Source: Fonticula alba ATCC 38817
Lineage: Eukaryota; Protista; Nucleariida
Assembly (NCBI GenBank): GCA_000388065.2
Contig: KB932214.1
Length of the DNA stretch: 47,542 bases
Strand: one strand, 5' to 3'
Both the position numbers and the translations under genes were made by a program. Positions 13,726 through 26,400 of this stretch are shown one piece after another. The notes beneath the pieces were generated by a model that worked only from the letters and a program-made list of their open reading frames with translations, was not told where the DNA came from and made no database searches. Numbering within the stretch: position 1 is the first letter of the stretch; every line of letters begins with the position of its first letter.

Positions 13726-16700
13726 ATGGGCCGATGCCCTTGGGCGAGGGCGCGCGCAGGGGAGAGGGCCCCTTGTTCCTTTTGTCCCCATTTCCCGGGC
13801 TCCCTTTCGCTCGTGCTGTTCCTTCCCCGGCCGGCGTGTGTGTGCTGCCTCCCTGTGAGCTTCTAACCGTGACCGCCCTTGTTGGTGATCTGGGGCTTTG
13901 CCCTTTTTTCTTTTTTGCCTCCTTTGCTCCTCCCCCCTCCTGGCTGTGGGGGTCATCGTGCGCGCGGGGCGGCGCTCCTGGCGCAGATGCAACTCAGCTC
14001 GCTGGTTGCCACGCTGGCCAACACCTCCGCGCACTATGTCCGGTGCCTGAAGCCGAACCACGAGAAGTCGGCGCTGCTTTTCGATGCGGAGCTGGTTGAG
14101 GCCCAGCTCCGGTACTCCGGCATGCTGGAGACCATCCGCATCCGTAAGGCCGGGTTCCCGCTGCGGCTGGACTTCGAGACCTTCTGCCGGCGCATGTGGG
14201 CTCTGATGCCGACGAAGCCCGCCTCGCCGGAGGCCGCGCGGGATGTGGCCCTGGCCATCATCGAGTCCTTCGGGCCGCGACTGGCGAATGGCCAGCCCGA
14301 CATGGATCAGATCCAGCTGGGCCTGACGAAGGTCTTCTTCCGCCATGCATCGGTGTGTTTTGGGTGGCTTTTTTCCCCCTTCCCCCTCCTCGGGCGCGCG
14401 CGTCTGTTTTTTCCCCCCCCCCAAGGGGGAGGCCCTCCCGGGGTTGGGATTGTCCTTTGTGCTTGTCCCTGTGTGCATCGCCGCGATATGCTCTGACCGA
14501 CTTCCCGTCTCTCCGGTGTTTTTTTTTTCGGGTGTCTCGGTCTCTTTCTCCCTGCTCCCTGTCTCTCCCCCCTCCTCCCCCCCGGATCACCGGGTCTGAT
14601 GTGTATGTGCATTCCCTGCCGCGCACAGTATGACACGTTTGCCAGCCAGGCCGAGAGTGCGGAGCGCCGGGCTGCTGCTCGGGTCACCGCCGCGGTGGCC
14701 ATGTTCTACCACCGGACGCGGTACCTCCGCGTGGTGGCGGCCGAGCGCGTCATCAAGGGCAACATGCGGGTGCATCTGGCCCGGGTTCGGTTCCTGCGCG
14801 CGCGTGCGGCTGCCATCGTGCTTCAGAGCCACTTCCGGGGGCTGCTCGGCCGCCGGCGCGTGGTGGCCATCCGCGTGGCGCTGGCCGAGGCGGAGCGCCT
14901 GCGCCTGGAGGAGGAGGAGCGCCGCCGTCAGGAGGAGCTTCGCCGTCAGGAGGAGGAGCGTGCTCGTGCGCTGGCCGAGGCCGCCGAGGCCGAGCGCATC
15001 CGCCTGGAGGAGGAGGCCCTGGCCGAGGCTGCTGCCGAGGCCGAGCGCATTCGTCTGGCCGAGGAGCGCGAGGCGCAGGAGGCCGCCGAGGCCGCGGCCG
15101 CCGAGGCCCGCCGCCAGGCTGAGATTGACGAAATCCGCGAGAGTGCGCGTGTGATTGAGCTGGCCCGTCAGGCGACCCAGGTGCGTATGTGGGCCCCCTT
15201 GCGCCGCGGATGCTTGGTCCTCGGGTGGTGGCCGGGCACGATGGCCCGGGCTCGCGCCCGGCGGAGGGCCGGGGACCGGTGTTCCGCCCCCTCGGAGATC
15301 CGATCCCCGCAGTCATCTTTCGTGCTTCGCCCCCTCTCTCTCTCTCTCACACACACACACATGCACACGCGCACGCACGTAGACTCAGGCCGAAGCGCAG
15401 GCCGCCGAGCGCCTGGAGAAGGAGCAGGCCTCCTCGCGCCTGGAGCGCCAGCAGAGCCTGCTGGACCTGGGCGACATCGACTTCGACATCGACTTCGATA
15501 TTGACTTCAATGTGAACGTCAGCCAGCCGGACCTGCCGGCGGCGGTGGCGGCGGCCGAGGCGACCACCGCGCCGGTGACGCCGGGCGCCTTCTCGGACAT
15601 CGACCTGGGCGACTTGATTGCCCTCGCCAACCTGGACGTCACGTCGGTGAAGTATGCCTCATCGGATGATGTGTCGCGGACGCTGCCGAAGCCGGGGCAG
15701 TTCACCCCGGCTCCGGCGGCGGAGGAGAAGGCCCCAGGCGAGGATATCCTGTCCGATCTGCAGGGTGCCTTCGACGAGCTGTTCTCCTTCATGAACACCA
15801 TCGACGGTGTGAGTGCCACGCCGGCGGCGGCTGCCGGCGAAGACGCTCCGGCGGCGACGGCGGCGGCGGCTCCTGCGGCCGTCGCCACTGCCACGGCCGA
15901 GGCCGGCACGAAGGTTGTCTCGCCGTTGGAGGCGGCGGTGTCGTCGCTGGCGCCGGTGGCCCCGGCCCCGGCGGCTGCTCCGGCGGCTGCTCCGGCCGCC
16001 CCGGCTCCTCCTCCTCGCGCGAAGTTTGCCCCGCTGGAGGATTTGCAGGCGGCGCATGAGAAGCGCCGGCAGGCGCTGTTCAGCTCGGCCGGCACCGACT
16101 CCTCGTATGCCTTCGATGGGTCGGCGTTGGAGTCCTTCCTGAAGAGCCGGGCCCTGGCGGGCGTGCTGCCGGCGGGTGCCCTCTTCCCGGGGGATGCCGG
16201 GTCCGTGGGGTCGCTGGCGGCGGCCGGCATCCAGGTGACCGAGGCGGACTTGGCAGCCAGCCGGGCCGCCATCGGGGCCGGGGCCGCCGGCTTTGTCTTC
16301 GGCCTGGAGCCATTGGTCCAGCCGCTGTTGCTGTCGACGGTTGGGCTGGCGGACCAGCCGGCCGGTGATGCCATCGGGTCGGAGCTGCTGACCGAGCGCC
16401 AGCAGATGTGCGGTCTGATGGCGGTGCGGCTGTACCGCCGGGTGTTGGACCTGGCGTCCGGCGTGGCGGCGGGGGTGGTGGCCCTTGTGCGGTCCGCCCC
16501 GCCGGGGGCGCCCCCGCGCAGCGTGGACACGGTGCTCGACAAGCCCACGCACATGGAGGAGACCGCGCAGCTGCTGGGGCTGGTGTGTGGGTCCGGGACC
16601 GGGGTTGCCCGGTTCCCGGAGCTGCGCGACGAGCTGGTGGCCCAGCTGGTCCGGCTGACGCGCGTGTCCGGCAATGTTGGCGGGGAGAATGCGGCCCTTT

Positions 16701-19700
16701 CGGCCGCCTGGCTGGCGGAGGGGCTGTCGCGCGCGGGCCAGGCCCCGGCGTCGGCCGATCAGGCGTCCGACCTGGCCGGGCTCTTCCTGCTGGCCGGGCA
16801 GGTGCAGCTGTGGCGTCTGCTGCTCGGTGCGCTGGCGAGCTTTGCCCCGGGGAAGTCCCTTTCGCGGGTGGTGTCGTCGCATTGCCGGGCCATCTTCGCC
16901 GAGCACGCCAAGCGGGGCTCCCTGCTGGAGGCTTCGGCCGGGGACCCGGATGCCAAGACCCCTCGGGGGTTGGCCCTGCGTGCGCTGCATCGGGCCTTGT
17001 CGCTGTTGGCTTCCAGCTGCTTGGTGGCGCTGACGGCGCATTCGCTGCGGGGCGGCCGTGCGGCTCCGCCGGCCAGCGCCGAGCTGAAGGCCCTCTTCCA
17101 TGGGCAGCCCTCCATGGGCCGTGTGCACATGCCGGATGGGTCCGGTGTCAAGGCCTTCACATATCACCCGTGGACGCTGGTGGGTGATGCGCTGCGAGCG
17201 GTGCTGACGCGTGCCGGGCTGGAGGCCACGCAATCGGCGGCCGAGGGCGCCTGGAGCCTGGCCCTGGTGGCGGATGTGGAGCCGGCCGAGGCCGATCGCC
17301 TGGCCCTGGAGGCGGCCGTGACGTCGGGGGCCCTGTTGGCGGCGACGGCGGCGGCCGATGCCGGGGCCTCCGGCCACCATCACAGCAGCCAGCCGATGTC
17401 GCCGATGTCGCCCGGTGGCATGGACACCGGGTCGACGACGTACCGCCTGCTGGCCAGCCAGCCGCAGGCCTTCCTCTCGACCTTGGGCTATGTGGCCGAT
17501 GTGCGGGAGATGCTGCCGGGCGGGATGTCGCCATCGGCGTTCATCGCGCCCCGCGGCCCGGTCGACCCGAAGGCCACCTCCAAGGGGACGATGATGGCGG
17601 CCGGGGGGATGGCCCTGCCGGGGGGCTGTCGGCTGGAGCTTCGGCTGCGGCACTTCCGCGCGCCGTATGCCATTCCCGAGGACCCGGTGGTGTTGCAGCT
17701 GCTCTTCTCGCACCTGCAGCGGGCCCTGGTGTCCGGGGAGCTGGCGGTGCCCTACCATTCGACCTTGGTGCGCCTGGTGGCCTTCGCTCGTCAGGCGGAT
17801 GTCCTGGGCACCGGTGGCTCCGGTGTCGTTGGCTCGGCCGGCGACGGCGCGTCGGCTGGCGGGTCGCTGGTCGGCGGTGCCGAGTGGCATGACAAGGTGG
17901 AGCTCCAGTGTCTGGAGACCCTGATCCCCGGGCATCTGCTGGATGTGGCGCCGAGCTTGACCGGAGCCACGTCGAGCGGCGGCAAGGGGGCCTCCTCCGG
18001 ATCGTCCTCCTCCTCCTCCTCCTCCTCCTCGAGCAAGCAGTCTCCCCGGCAGCAGTGGCTTGCCGCGGTTCGGGTGGCGGCCTCGCATTTGACCGGGACC
18101 TCGGCCATCCGGGCCAAGGTGCTGTTTGTGGAGACGTGTCGCGAGTTGCCGGGCTACGGTGCGCACCAGTACCGGGCGCAGTTCACCGGCGGCGCGTGGC
18201 CGTATGCCGCGTCGCCGGACACCTGGATCGCCATCCGGGCCTTGGATGGCGTGACATGGCTGCATGGGCGTACTCGGCTGCCGGTGCGGTCGGCCATTGC
18301 CTGGGGCCGGATCCGCAAGGTGGTGGTCGACCCGAGTGCGGGCGTGGTGAGCTTCCACCTGCGCGGACCGGCCGAGGCCGGGTCCGAGGCCGGTGGGGTG
18401 CCGGCCACGCCGGACACCCCGGGCCTGCCGACCCCCGGCGGAGCTGGCGCCGCGTCGTCCAACATCGAGCTGTCGCAGGCGGACTTCGTGTGCCCGGCCT
18501 ACGAGCAGCTGGTGGCTTCGCTGAAGCAGCTGGCTCCGGAGGGCATCTTCATCGAAGTGGAGTATCTGGATGCTGTGCGTGTGCCCCTGGGGCGGCGTCT
18601 TTGTTTTCTTTTTCTTTTTCTTCCCTCTCTTCTCCTTCTTCTTACTCTTCTCTTTCTTCTCTTTCTTCGTCCTCTTCTCTTTCTTCGTCCTCCTCCTCCG
18701 CCCTCCCCGCCCTCTGTCGCCTCTTCCGCCTCTCGCGTGTGGGCGCTCTTCGGCCCGGCAGGATGGCGAGGCCGTGGTGTCTGGGACAGGTGCCACCCCA
18801 GCCGGTGCGACTGGCGGTCCGGCCGGCGCTGGCGCCTCCCTGTCGGAGTCTCTGCATGCGGAGTTGCAGTCGGCCCGCCGGCGTCTGGAATCGTCCGGGG
18901 TGCTGCGAGTCCCCGGGCCCGCGCACCAGGCTGGCCTGGCCCCGACGCAGGCCGTCACCGACTTCAAGGCCACTTGCGCCGGGCTGAACATCAGCCTGGA
19001 GGAGGGTCTGGGCTTGAAGGCGTCCGGCGCGGTGCTGGCAGCCCGCCAGGCGGCCGCCTCGGCCGTCACCTCCATGTCCTCGCAGGATGGGGCTGACGGT
19101 GATTCCGGTCGGTCGTCGCTGCTTGGGCGGTTCAAGGGCCGGCGCAAGGCGGCCCCGCCGCCGGCGCTGAGCATCAACACCGGCGTCGGTGGCGGGTCCT
19201 CGGGAAGTGGCTTCCCGGGGCTGGCGACGCCGGTCGGCGGCGCGTACTCCGTGGCGGACTGGCGCTTTGGCCGGTACCGGACGAATGCGCCGCTGCTGGC
19301 ATTGCCGCCGGGCTTCGGCCGGCTGGCCGAGGTGGCGGACTTGTCGCTGCGCGTGCAGGCCGGTGTCCTGCTGTATGTCGGGCTGATGACGGTGTCGGAC
19401 CCGGCGCTGGGCTTCCTGTCGGGAGTGGTGGCCGCCAGCAGCAGCCATGGCTCGAGCGGTGGTGGCGGTGCCGGCGGCTCGGGCAGCGGTGCCGGCGGCT
19501 CGGGCAACCACTCGTCCGGTGCCGGTGGCTCGTCTGCCGGTGCCGGCGGCAAGGGCGGTGCGGCTGCACTGACGGCAGCCGCCCTGGAGGAGGATGGCGT
19601 GGCCCACTCGCTCCTGGTGCAGGACATCCTGCGCGTGGCCATTGACAGCCCGCCGGTGCGGGATGAGCTGTACCTGCTGCTGGTGCGGCTGACCTCGCCG

Positions 19701-21578
19701 GCGGTGCATGAGCCGGCCACCACACAGGCCCAGGCCCAGTCGGATGCCGGGCGTCTGATGGCCGCCTGGCGTCTGCTGTCCACGGTGGCCTGGGTGTGCC
19801 CTCCGAACACGACCGAGGTCTTGGGGCTGGTGAAGGCCCACTTGGCCTTCTTCGCGCACTCGGCCGCTTTTGATGTGCTTCTGGCCCTGGAGGAGGCCAC
19901 GGCCGGGCAGGGGGTCGATGCGGGGTCCTCCGGGTCCGGTGCTTCGGGCCTGCCGGCGGCGCTCCTCTCCCCGGGGGCGGCCTCCTCCGGGGGTGGGGGC
20001 TCGTCGGCGGTGGTGGCCGACGGTCGCAAGTCGTCCTCCAGCAAGCGCCATGGCGGCAAGCGCGCCCTGACCTCGGCCCTGCGGAGCCTGGATCGCGAGG
20101 AGGTGTCGGCCTTTGCGCGGTTCTGCCAGCGCGGCGTGGCGGCCCTGGTGCCGGGTGGCGCCGGGCTGCCGACATGCAGCGCGGCCTACCAGCTGGCCGG
20201 CAAGTCGGCCCCGGCCCCGGCGCCGGTGGCTCGCGTCCATCCGCCCAGCGCCACGGAGATCGCCTGCTCGGGCGGTCGCCGGGGCATGTTCGCGCGCATC
20301 GAATTCCCCGATGGCCAGTCTCGTGCGTTGGTGTTCGAGCCGACGGCCACCGCGTCGGAGGTCCTGGAGCAGGCCCTGTCGCGCATTGGCATCTCCTTCG
20401 AGGAGTCGCTGGTGCCGGCGGCCGCGCCGGGGGAGGACAGCGTGGCGGATGCCGGGGCTGCCGGGCTCCGGCATTCGGCATACGCCCTGTACGAGGTGTT
20501 CCCCGGTGAGGGGGTCGACCGGGCGGTGGATCCGGCGGTGGTCTTCGCCGATGTGGTGTACCACTGGTCCAAGGCCTCGCGGCGGGCGGCTGCCGAGGGG
20601 GCTGTCGGTGGGGCGGCCGGCGGTGGCCCGGCGGCCGGCGGGCCGGCCAGCCAGCGGCGCTTGACGTCGGCCGTGGCCAAGGTGGCACAGGGTGCCGGCG
20701 CGACCGCCGCGCCGAAGGCCGTGCGCTTTGTGGTTCGCCGGCGGCTGTACCCGCGCGGGCTGCTGCAGGCGGCCTGCGAGGCATCGACCCCGGTGTCGGC
20801 CGTGGAGCGGGAGATCCTGGTGCACCAGCTGTCGGCGGACATCCGCCAAGATCGGTTCCCGATTACCGGCGGGTCGGATGAGCTGGCCGATGCCCTGACG
20901 GCGGCGGCCATCCGGTCGCAAATTGATGCCGGGACGCCGGGCGAGTATCCGGCCGATGGGCAGCTCTATGCGACGGCCCTGCGGCGGTATGTGCCGAAGC
21001 ATTTGCAGTCGCGCGCGGAGCCGGGCCGCATTGCGGCCCTGCACCAGGGCCTGGCCGGGGTGTCGCGCGAGGCGGCCGTCAGCCGGTACCTGTCCCATGC
21101 GCTGGATTGCTGGTCGCTGGCCGGAGCCACGGTCTTCCCGGTGTTGCAGTCGTACACCACCTCGCTGCCGACGCACTTGTGGATTGCGCTGCACCATTCC
21201 GGCATCTACCTGGGTGCCCGGCGCTCGCGGACCAGCCTCGTCACCATTCGCTACTCGGCGGTCAAGGCGTGCGCCCCGGCCAGCAAGCACATCCTGCTGG
21301 TCGCCGGGGAGTGCGACTTTGGCAACAAGTTCGCCCCGCCGCCGCCGATGGCCGGTGGCGCGGCCGCTCCTGCTGCTGCTGCGCCCTCTGCCGCCTCCTC
21401 GGCGTCGAGCAAGTTCGTCTTCAACACCGAGGATGGGGCCATCATCGCGGGGCTCATTCGGGACTATGCGGCCGGCTGGAATGTGGCCTTGCGCCAGGAG
21501 AATGAGTCGGCCGCCGTCGGCCTGGGGAGCCTGCGCGCTCGCCATGCCTCGGTGGCCTCGCTGTCGGGCGGCTTCTAA
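11109..21578 (+). CDS. Unconventional myosin with IQ motifs, SAH helix and two MyTH4-FERM modules (Myo7/Myo22-like architecture), ~2960 aa, 9 exons
   Basis: Exons 11109-11163, 11325-11416, 11545-11607, 11766-11950, 12101-13661, 13987-14352, 14629-15180, 15383-18574, 18762-21578. P-loop GESGAGKT, switch I NNNSSRFGK, switch II DIFGFE, YVRCLKPN, IQ-like LQSHFRG, E/R-rich helix. MyTH4-like ELRDELVAQLVRL..LWRLL and VRDELYLLLVRL..AWRLL are each followed by a FERM-like start (VHMPDG; IEFPDG). Confidence 0.9.
13665..13724 (+). repeat. Compound microsatellite (CG)8(TG)22 starting at the donor of a myosin intron
   Basis: Read directly: GTA(CG)8(TG)22. Confidence 0.95.
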
Positions 21579-22377
21579 GTGTCGGGTCGCCGCCTCCTGT
21601 GGCGCGCCACAGCCTCGGGCCGTGGTGGGAAAGTCCTTTCCCCGATGCCGCCGCCCGGGTGCTTTTGCGCGCCCCTCCCTCCTCCGCCCCGGCGGTCCGC
21701 GCTTCCTGCTTGGTCCCTCCTTTTCATCAATATATGTGCACTGTTTGTTCCCTGTTGGGCATTCCCTTTTGTGTGTGTGCCTCTTGGGGAAGGGGGGGGG
21801 AGAGAGAGAGCAGGAGAAAGAGCGAAGGAGACAGCGAGGTGCTCTGGGGCGAGGCCGGCATTTTCCCCGGTCGGGGCGCGTCCCGCCTGGGGCGAGCAGG
21901 GCCAGTGAATTGGGGGCGATGCGTGGGCACTTGGGGGATCTCGACTCACACGCGCACCGTGCTTGTCCTGTTGTCTCGGGCCGCTGCCGGCCTCCAGGGG
22001 CAAGAGAGGGGTCTCGGGCGCGACGGGGAAGCCCGGGGAACGGGGCAAGGGGGGCGCGGGGGCATGTGTTTAGGTGGCGATGGACCGGGTCGAAGTCGCC
22101 CTGTCCAACTAACCAGGGCTCCGGGGTCAAGGGGGCATGCGACGCGCGCCGGATGCGCGATCGCTGTGCCCCCCCCCCCCCCCCTTTTCACCCCCTGCCT
22201 CTTTCCGAGGAGGATGGGCCGCAGAAAAGCGACCCCGGTCGGCGGGACGGGGCGGGGGGCATTTCCCGACAGATCCTCACTTCCTGCCCTGCCCCTTTTG
22301 TGGCTCGTCCTTCTTTGCCCCCCCCTTTTTTTCCGTGCCCCCCCCTCCCCCCCCCGCCCTTGCCCACCCATACAGCC

Positions 22378-23053
22378 ATGCTTCGCCTTGCCTCGGCTGC
22401 TCCTCTGCTGCGTCGCGCTGTTCCCATGATGGCCAGCCGTGGCCTGTCGACCCTCGGGTACAACAACGCCTCGGAGACCACGCTGGAGAACCTGGCCGAC
22501 CAGCTGGATGGCCTGGCCGAGCGTCTGCCCACCATGAAGCAGCTGGATGCCTCGCGCCGGGCGGAGTCCCTGCTGGATGCCGACTACTCGTCCGGGGTGC
22601 TGACGCTGGACATCAAGGCCGCCCCGTTCGGTGGCAAGAGCGGCACCTTTGTCATCAACAAGCAGCCGCCGAACCAGCAGATCTGGCTGTCTTCGCCGCT
22701 CAGGTACGCAGCCCCGCTGGCCTGGACTCACTCTGCGAAGCATGCCGTGCGATGGGGAGGCCCCGCCTGTCCGTGTTATTGACCGGGGCCCGTGCTCCTT
22801 GTCCCCCCCCCCCCTCTCCCCGGCATTTTCCTGCTCCCCCGTCGTCCGGTGCAGCGGGCCACGCCGGTACAACCTCGACACCACCCGTCGTGAGTGGGTG
22901 CCCTGTCCGACCACGGCCGAGGGTGTGCCCCCGGGCGAGAACATCGAGTCCCTGCTGTCGCGCGAGCTTACCGATATGCTGAGCATCGGTCCGGTGCCGG
23001 GCACCGGGCGCATCCTCATCGAGCCCGCCGATTTGGAGGATGTGGACCTGTGA
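22378..23053 (+). CDS. FXN: Frataxin (CyaY/Yfh1 family), mitochondrial, ~174 aa, 2 exons
   Basis: Exons 22378-22703 and 22855-23053. [34 protein letters not shown]; Arg-rich, acid-free presequence MLRLASAAPLLRRAVPMMASR. Confidence 0.93.
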
Positions 23054-23424
23054 GCCTGACGGTCGCCAGCCGGGGGGTGGCCCTCGCGCCCGGTGTCCCC
23101 GCTCGGTCTCTGGGCTTCTGGCCGGCTCCTCGAACATGCGAGGGGATGAGAGCGCACGATGAGGCCCCGCCGGTGTGCACATGCATTCTTTCCCGCTCTC
23201 CCCCCCCCCCTCCTCCTCTCTTTCTCCCTGGCTCCCCGCCGTCCGATCGCCTTCACATCTCCTTCTCCGGCTCCTCTTGTCGCCTGTGCTTTTTTTTAAC
23301 AAATAGATGCAAACCCTGTCCATCCCCTCCCGAAGCCAGGGGGAGCGGGGATTGGGCTATCATGGACCATGGAGGACAGGCGCATGTCGAGAGGTCTATT
23401 GGGATGGACTTCCACTTTGGAAGA

Positions 23425-26400
23425 TCACGGCTCGCCATACAACTCCTCATAGGTGAGGCCATGGTCGGGTTCGATGGTCGGGGGGGCCGTCGGCCGGCCG
23501 GGACCCGGGGCATGGGCCCCGGTGTCCAGGGCATCCAGTGCCGATCGAACTGTCTGAAAAAAGTGCTCATGAACCGGGCCACTGGAGTACACCACTTCAA
23601 TTGGGCACTTGGAAAGGGAGGTCACGGCAGCCGTGAGCTGGGCGCCATGCCAGCCATTGGTGGGGCGAACGGCGAATAAAGCGGCAAACCGGCCGCGGGA
23701 GGGGGGGGGGGGGGGGGGGGGAGAGGCAGAAGAGAGACAGCGAGGAGGCAAGACACCGTCAGTGGAAGCCGCTCGCCTGGGCGAGTGCATGCAGAGGCAT
23801 GTGCGTGGATGCCGGCGTGGGTGCCGGCGTGCCCATATCGAAGACGGCACGTACCGGGGCACAGCTTCGGAGCAGCTCATCATGGATGCCGTGCGCCTGA
23901 CGGAGGAGATCTTCGGCGGAAGCTCGGAAAAGGGCCATGCGCTCGGTGGATTCATCCAGCTCGAAGATCAGCCAGGATAGGGCGGACAGTTGGCGACTGA
24001 GGGCCCCGGCGCTGGCGCGCCGAGAAAGGCGGACCTGTGACAGGTCCAGGTGGCGAATGGCCTCGTCCACTGGGATCGCGGGCCGTGGTGTCAGCTCCGG
24101 CACAGGGGGCGGGCGGGCAAAGGACAAGCAGGAGGACGCGCGACGTACGGCGAGCAAGGGCATCGACCAACTGGCCGCTGGCAAGGGGGAAGGCCGTCCG
24201 GCGGGGCAGGTGCTGTGCAATCTGCGAAGCGAACAGTGCCATGCTGGTGGAGGAGGAAAAGAGATCGGCCGAAGATCGGGCCTGCTCATCGCGAAGCTGC
24301 TGGAAGAAGGCCCGGAGCTGGTGCAGGACGGGGGGGAGGGGGGATTAGCTGTGGGATTCCGGCGGGTCGAGGGGGCACGAAGCGCAAGGGCCGAAGGCGC
24401 ACGATTTTCAGGGACGCAATCAGAGGACCGTCGTTCGAGTCGGGGACGGACGCCGAGGCGAGCATGGACACGGGCTCCTCATCGTCCGGGTCACTGTCTG
24501 AGAGCCAGGAAATGGCAGCCCCATGGGAGGCGGGCGCATCGCCGGTGGGCGCATCGCTGGCGGATGCATCGCCAGCAGGAGGGTAGGTGCTGTCGGCGGC
24601 GTCGACAATCCAGGAGGCAGTATCGTGAGACTCGCCGACGGAGGAGGGGCCATCCGACGCGGCGACAATCCAGTCAGCCTCGGCGGCGGAGCCGGAATCC
24701 GCCCGGGAGAACTGGAGCTCCAGCTGGTGCAGAGGCAGGATGAGGGCCGTCGTGGCAGGGCAGCCGCATGTCCCGGAGGGTTGCCGCTGGCCATCAGGGC
24801 CCAGGACTTGGGCACAGGCGGCACAGTGCGTCCGATGGGATTGCAGATACACGCCAAGGAGCCATGCCAATGTGGGGGGGCCGGCCTGTTGCGAAAGAGA
24901 CTGCGCGTGGGCTTCGCACGCCCATCGCTGGGCGTCGGCGGCGACCGGGCGATCCGAGGCCCCGGCTTGCAGAGCAGTGGCCGCCTGGCCCCGAGCCACT
25001 GCGGCCTGGGCTTGGATCAGCCCGTGGAAGAGTCTGTCGCAGTGGGGAACCAGGGCCTCCTCTGGGATTTGGGCAAAGCGCCGCCACCAAGAGTGGTTGC
25101 GTCGGCACAGGGCCGGCAGCAGGGCGAGCGGCCCGGCATTGTCTCTCGCGACCAGGTTGGCTGGGGCACACCGGCACAGGTCGCATTGGTGACAGGCCGA
25201 CAGGGCGTCATCGGCCCGCGCGAGATCCAGCGCCGTCAGCAGCAGGGCCAGCTGGTGGGCGAGTGCGGCGGCGCCGCCGGAGGCCTGGGCCCGGGCGAGC
25301 AAGCGATCCAAGACCCGGAGCTGGGTCTGCAAGCGAGCGGGGAGGATGCTTCGGACTTGGCGCGCCTGGCGCCGGAGATTGCCGACCGTGGTCTTTAGCT
25401 GGCCATTGAGCCGGGCCCTGGGAGGGAGGTCAGTGCCAAGGGGCGAGTGTGACATTCGGCCGTGACCGCAGATACCAAAGCCGGATGGGGGGGGGGGGGG
25501 GGGGACGCACAGGGCGCGCTGGCCGTGCTCGCGGAGGAAGGTGGCCGAGGTGCCAGCCGCATGGGCCGGATCGAGGGCCAGTGACCGGGCGGCCGCATGC
25601 CACCACTCCACCGCCGGGAGGAGGGTCTCCGGAGTCGGCCGGCCCAGAAGTAGCAGGCCACGCTGCAGGAGGAAGGCCGCCCGGGCGGACAGACCGCCGG
25701 ATGCCGGCTGAAGGAGAAGCGGCTCCCCTGGCCGGGTCAGGGGAAGGTCGACCGGCGGGGCGGCCGGGGGGAGGATCGGCCCAGGCCCGGCGGCCAGGAG
25801 GGCCAGCTGCACACGAGCCAGCAGGGGTGCCGACGAGGATGTCGAGCCCAGGGCATCAGCCAGGCCGCCAAGCGCGTCGGCAATCAGGTGGATGTCCTGC
25901 GGCAGGGGGCGCTGCTCTGTGCTTTGAGGGTCAGAAGAGGAGGAAGAGGAGGAGGAAGAGGAAGAGGAGGAGGAAGAGGAAGAGGAGGAGGAGGAAGAGG
26001 AAGAGGAGGAGGAGGAAGAGGAAGAGGAAGAGGAGGAAGAGGAGGAGGAAGAGGAGGAGGAAGAGGAGGAGGAAGAGAGGCCATTGGAAGGGGAAGGGGA
26101 CAGGCCCCAGATGAGCAGGTACCAGGTGGCGCGGCAAGCAGCATTTGCAGGAAGGCAGGCAGGGGAATGGCATCGGGGGGATGGCCGGCTGGCGGCGGCG
26201 GCGGCGGGGGGAGGTCACCAAGGAGGGAAACCCGGGCCGCCGGCACGCCGGGCATCGGGAGCTGGTGTTTGGCCAGGAGGGCGGCGAGGTCGGCCGCCAG
26301 CAGGTCACTCACCAGGGAGACCATTGCCTGGCGAAAGATGGCCGCACGGGCGGTCTTCAGGAAGGTCCAGTTGATGGCCCAGTCTGGGAGGGGGGTCGTC

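Noticed and set aside
15659-22130. Very long minus-strand ORFs (1466 aa, 1162 aa) opposite the myosin, and similar ones at 11598-13727 and 29970-32354
   Set aside because: Antisense shadows of GC-rich coding sequence; no recognisable motifs.
25884-26324. Poly-Pro/Leu (or poly-Ser) coding tract
   Set aside because: Falls inside a GT-AG intron (26122-25917) whose removal restores the CDK5RAP3 frame.
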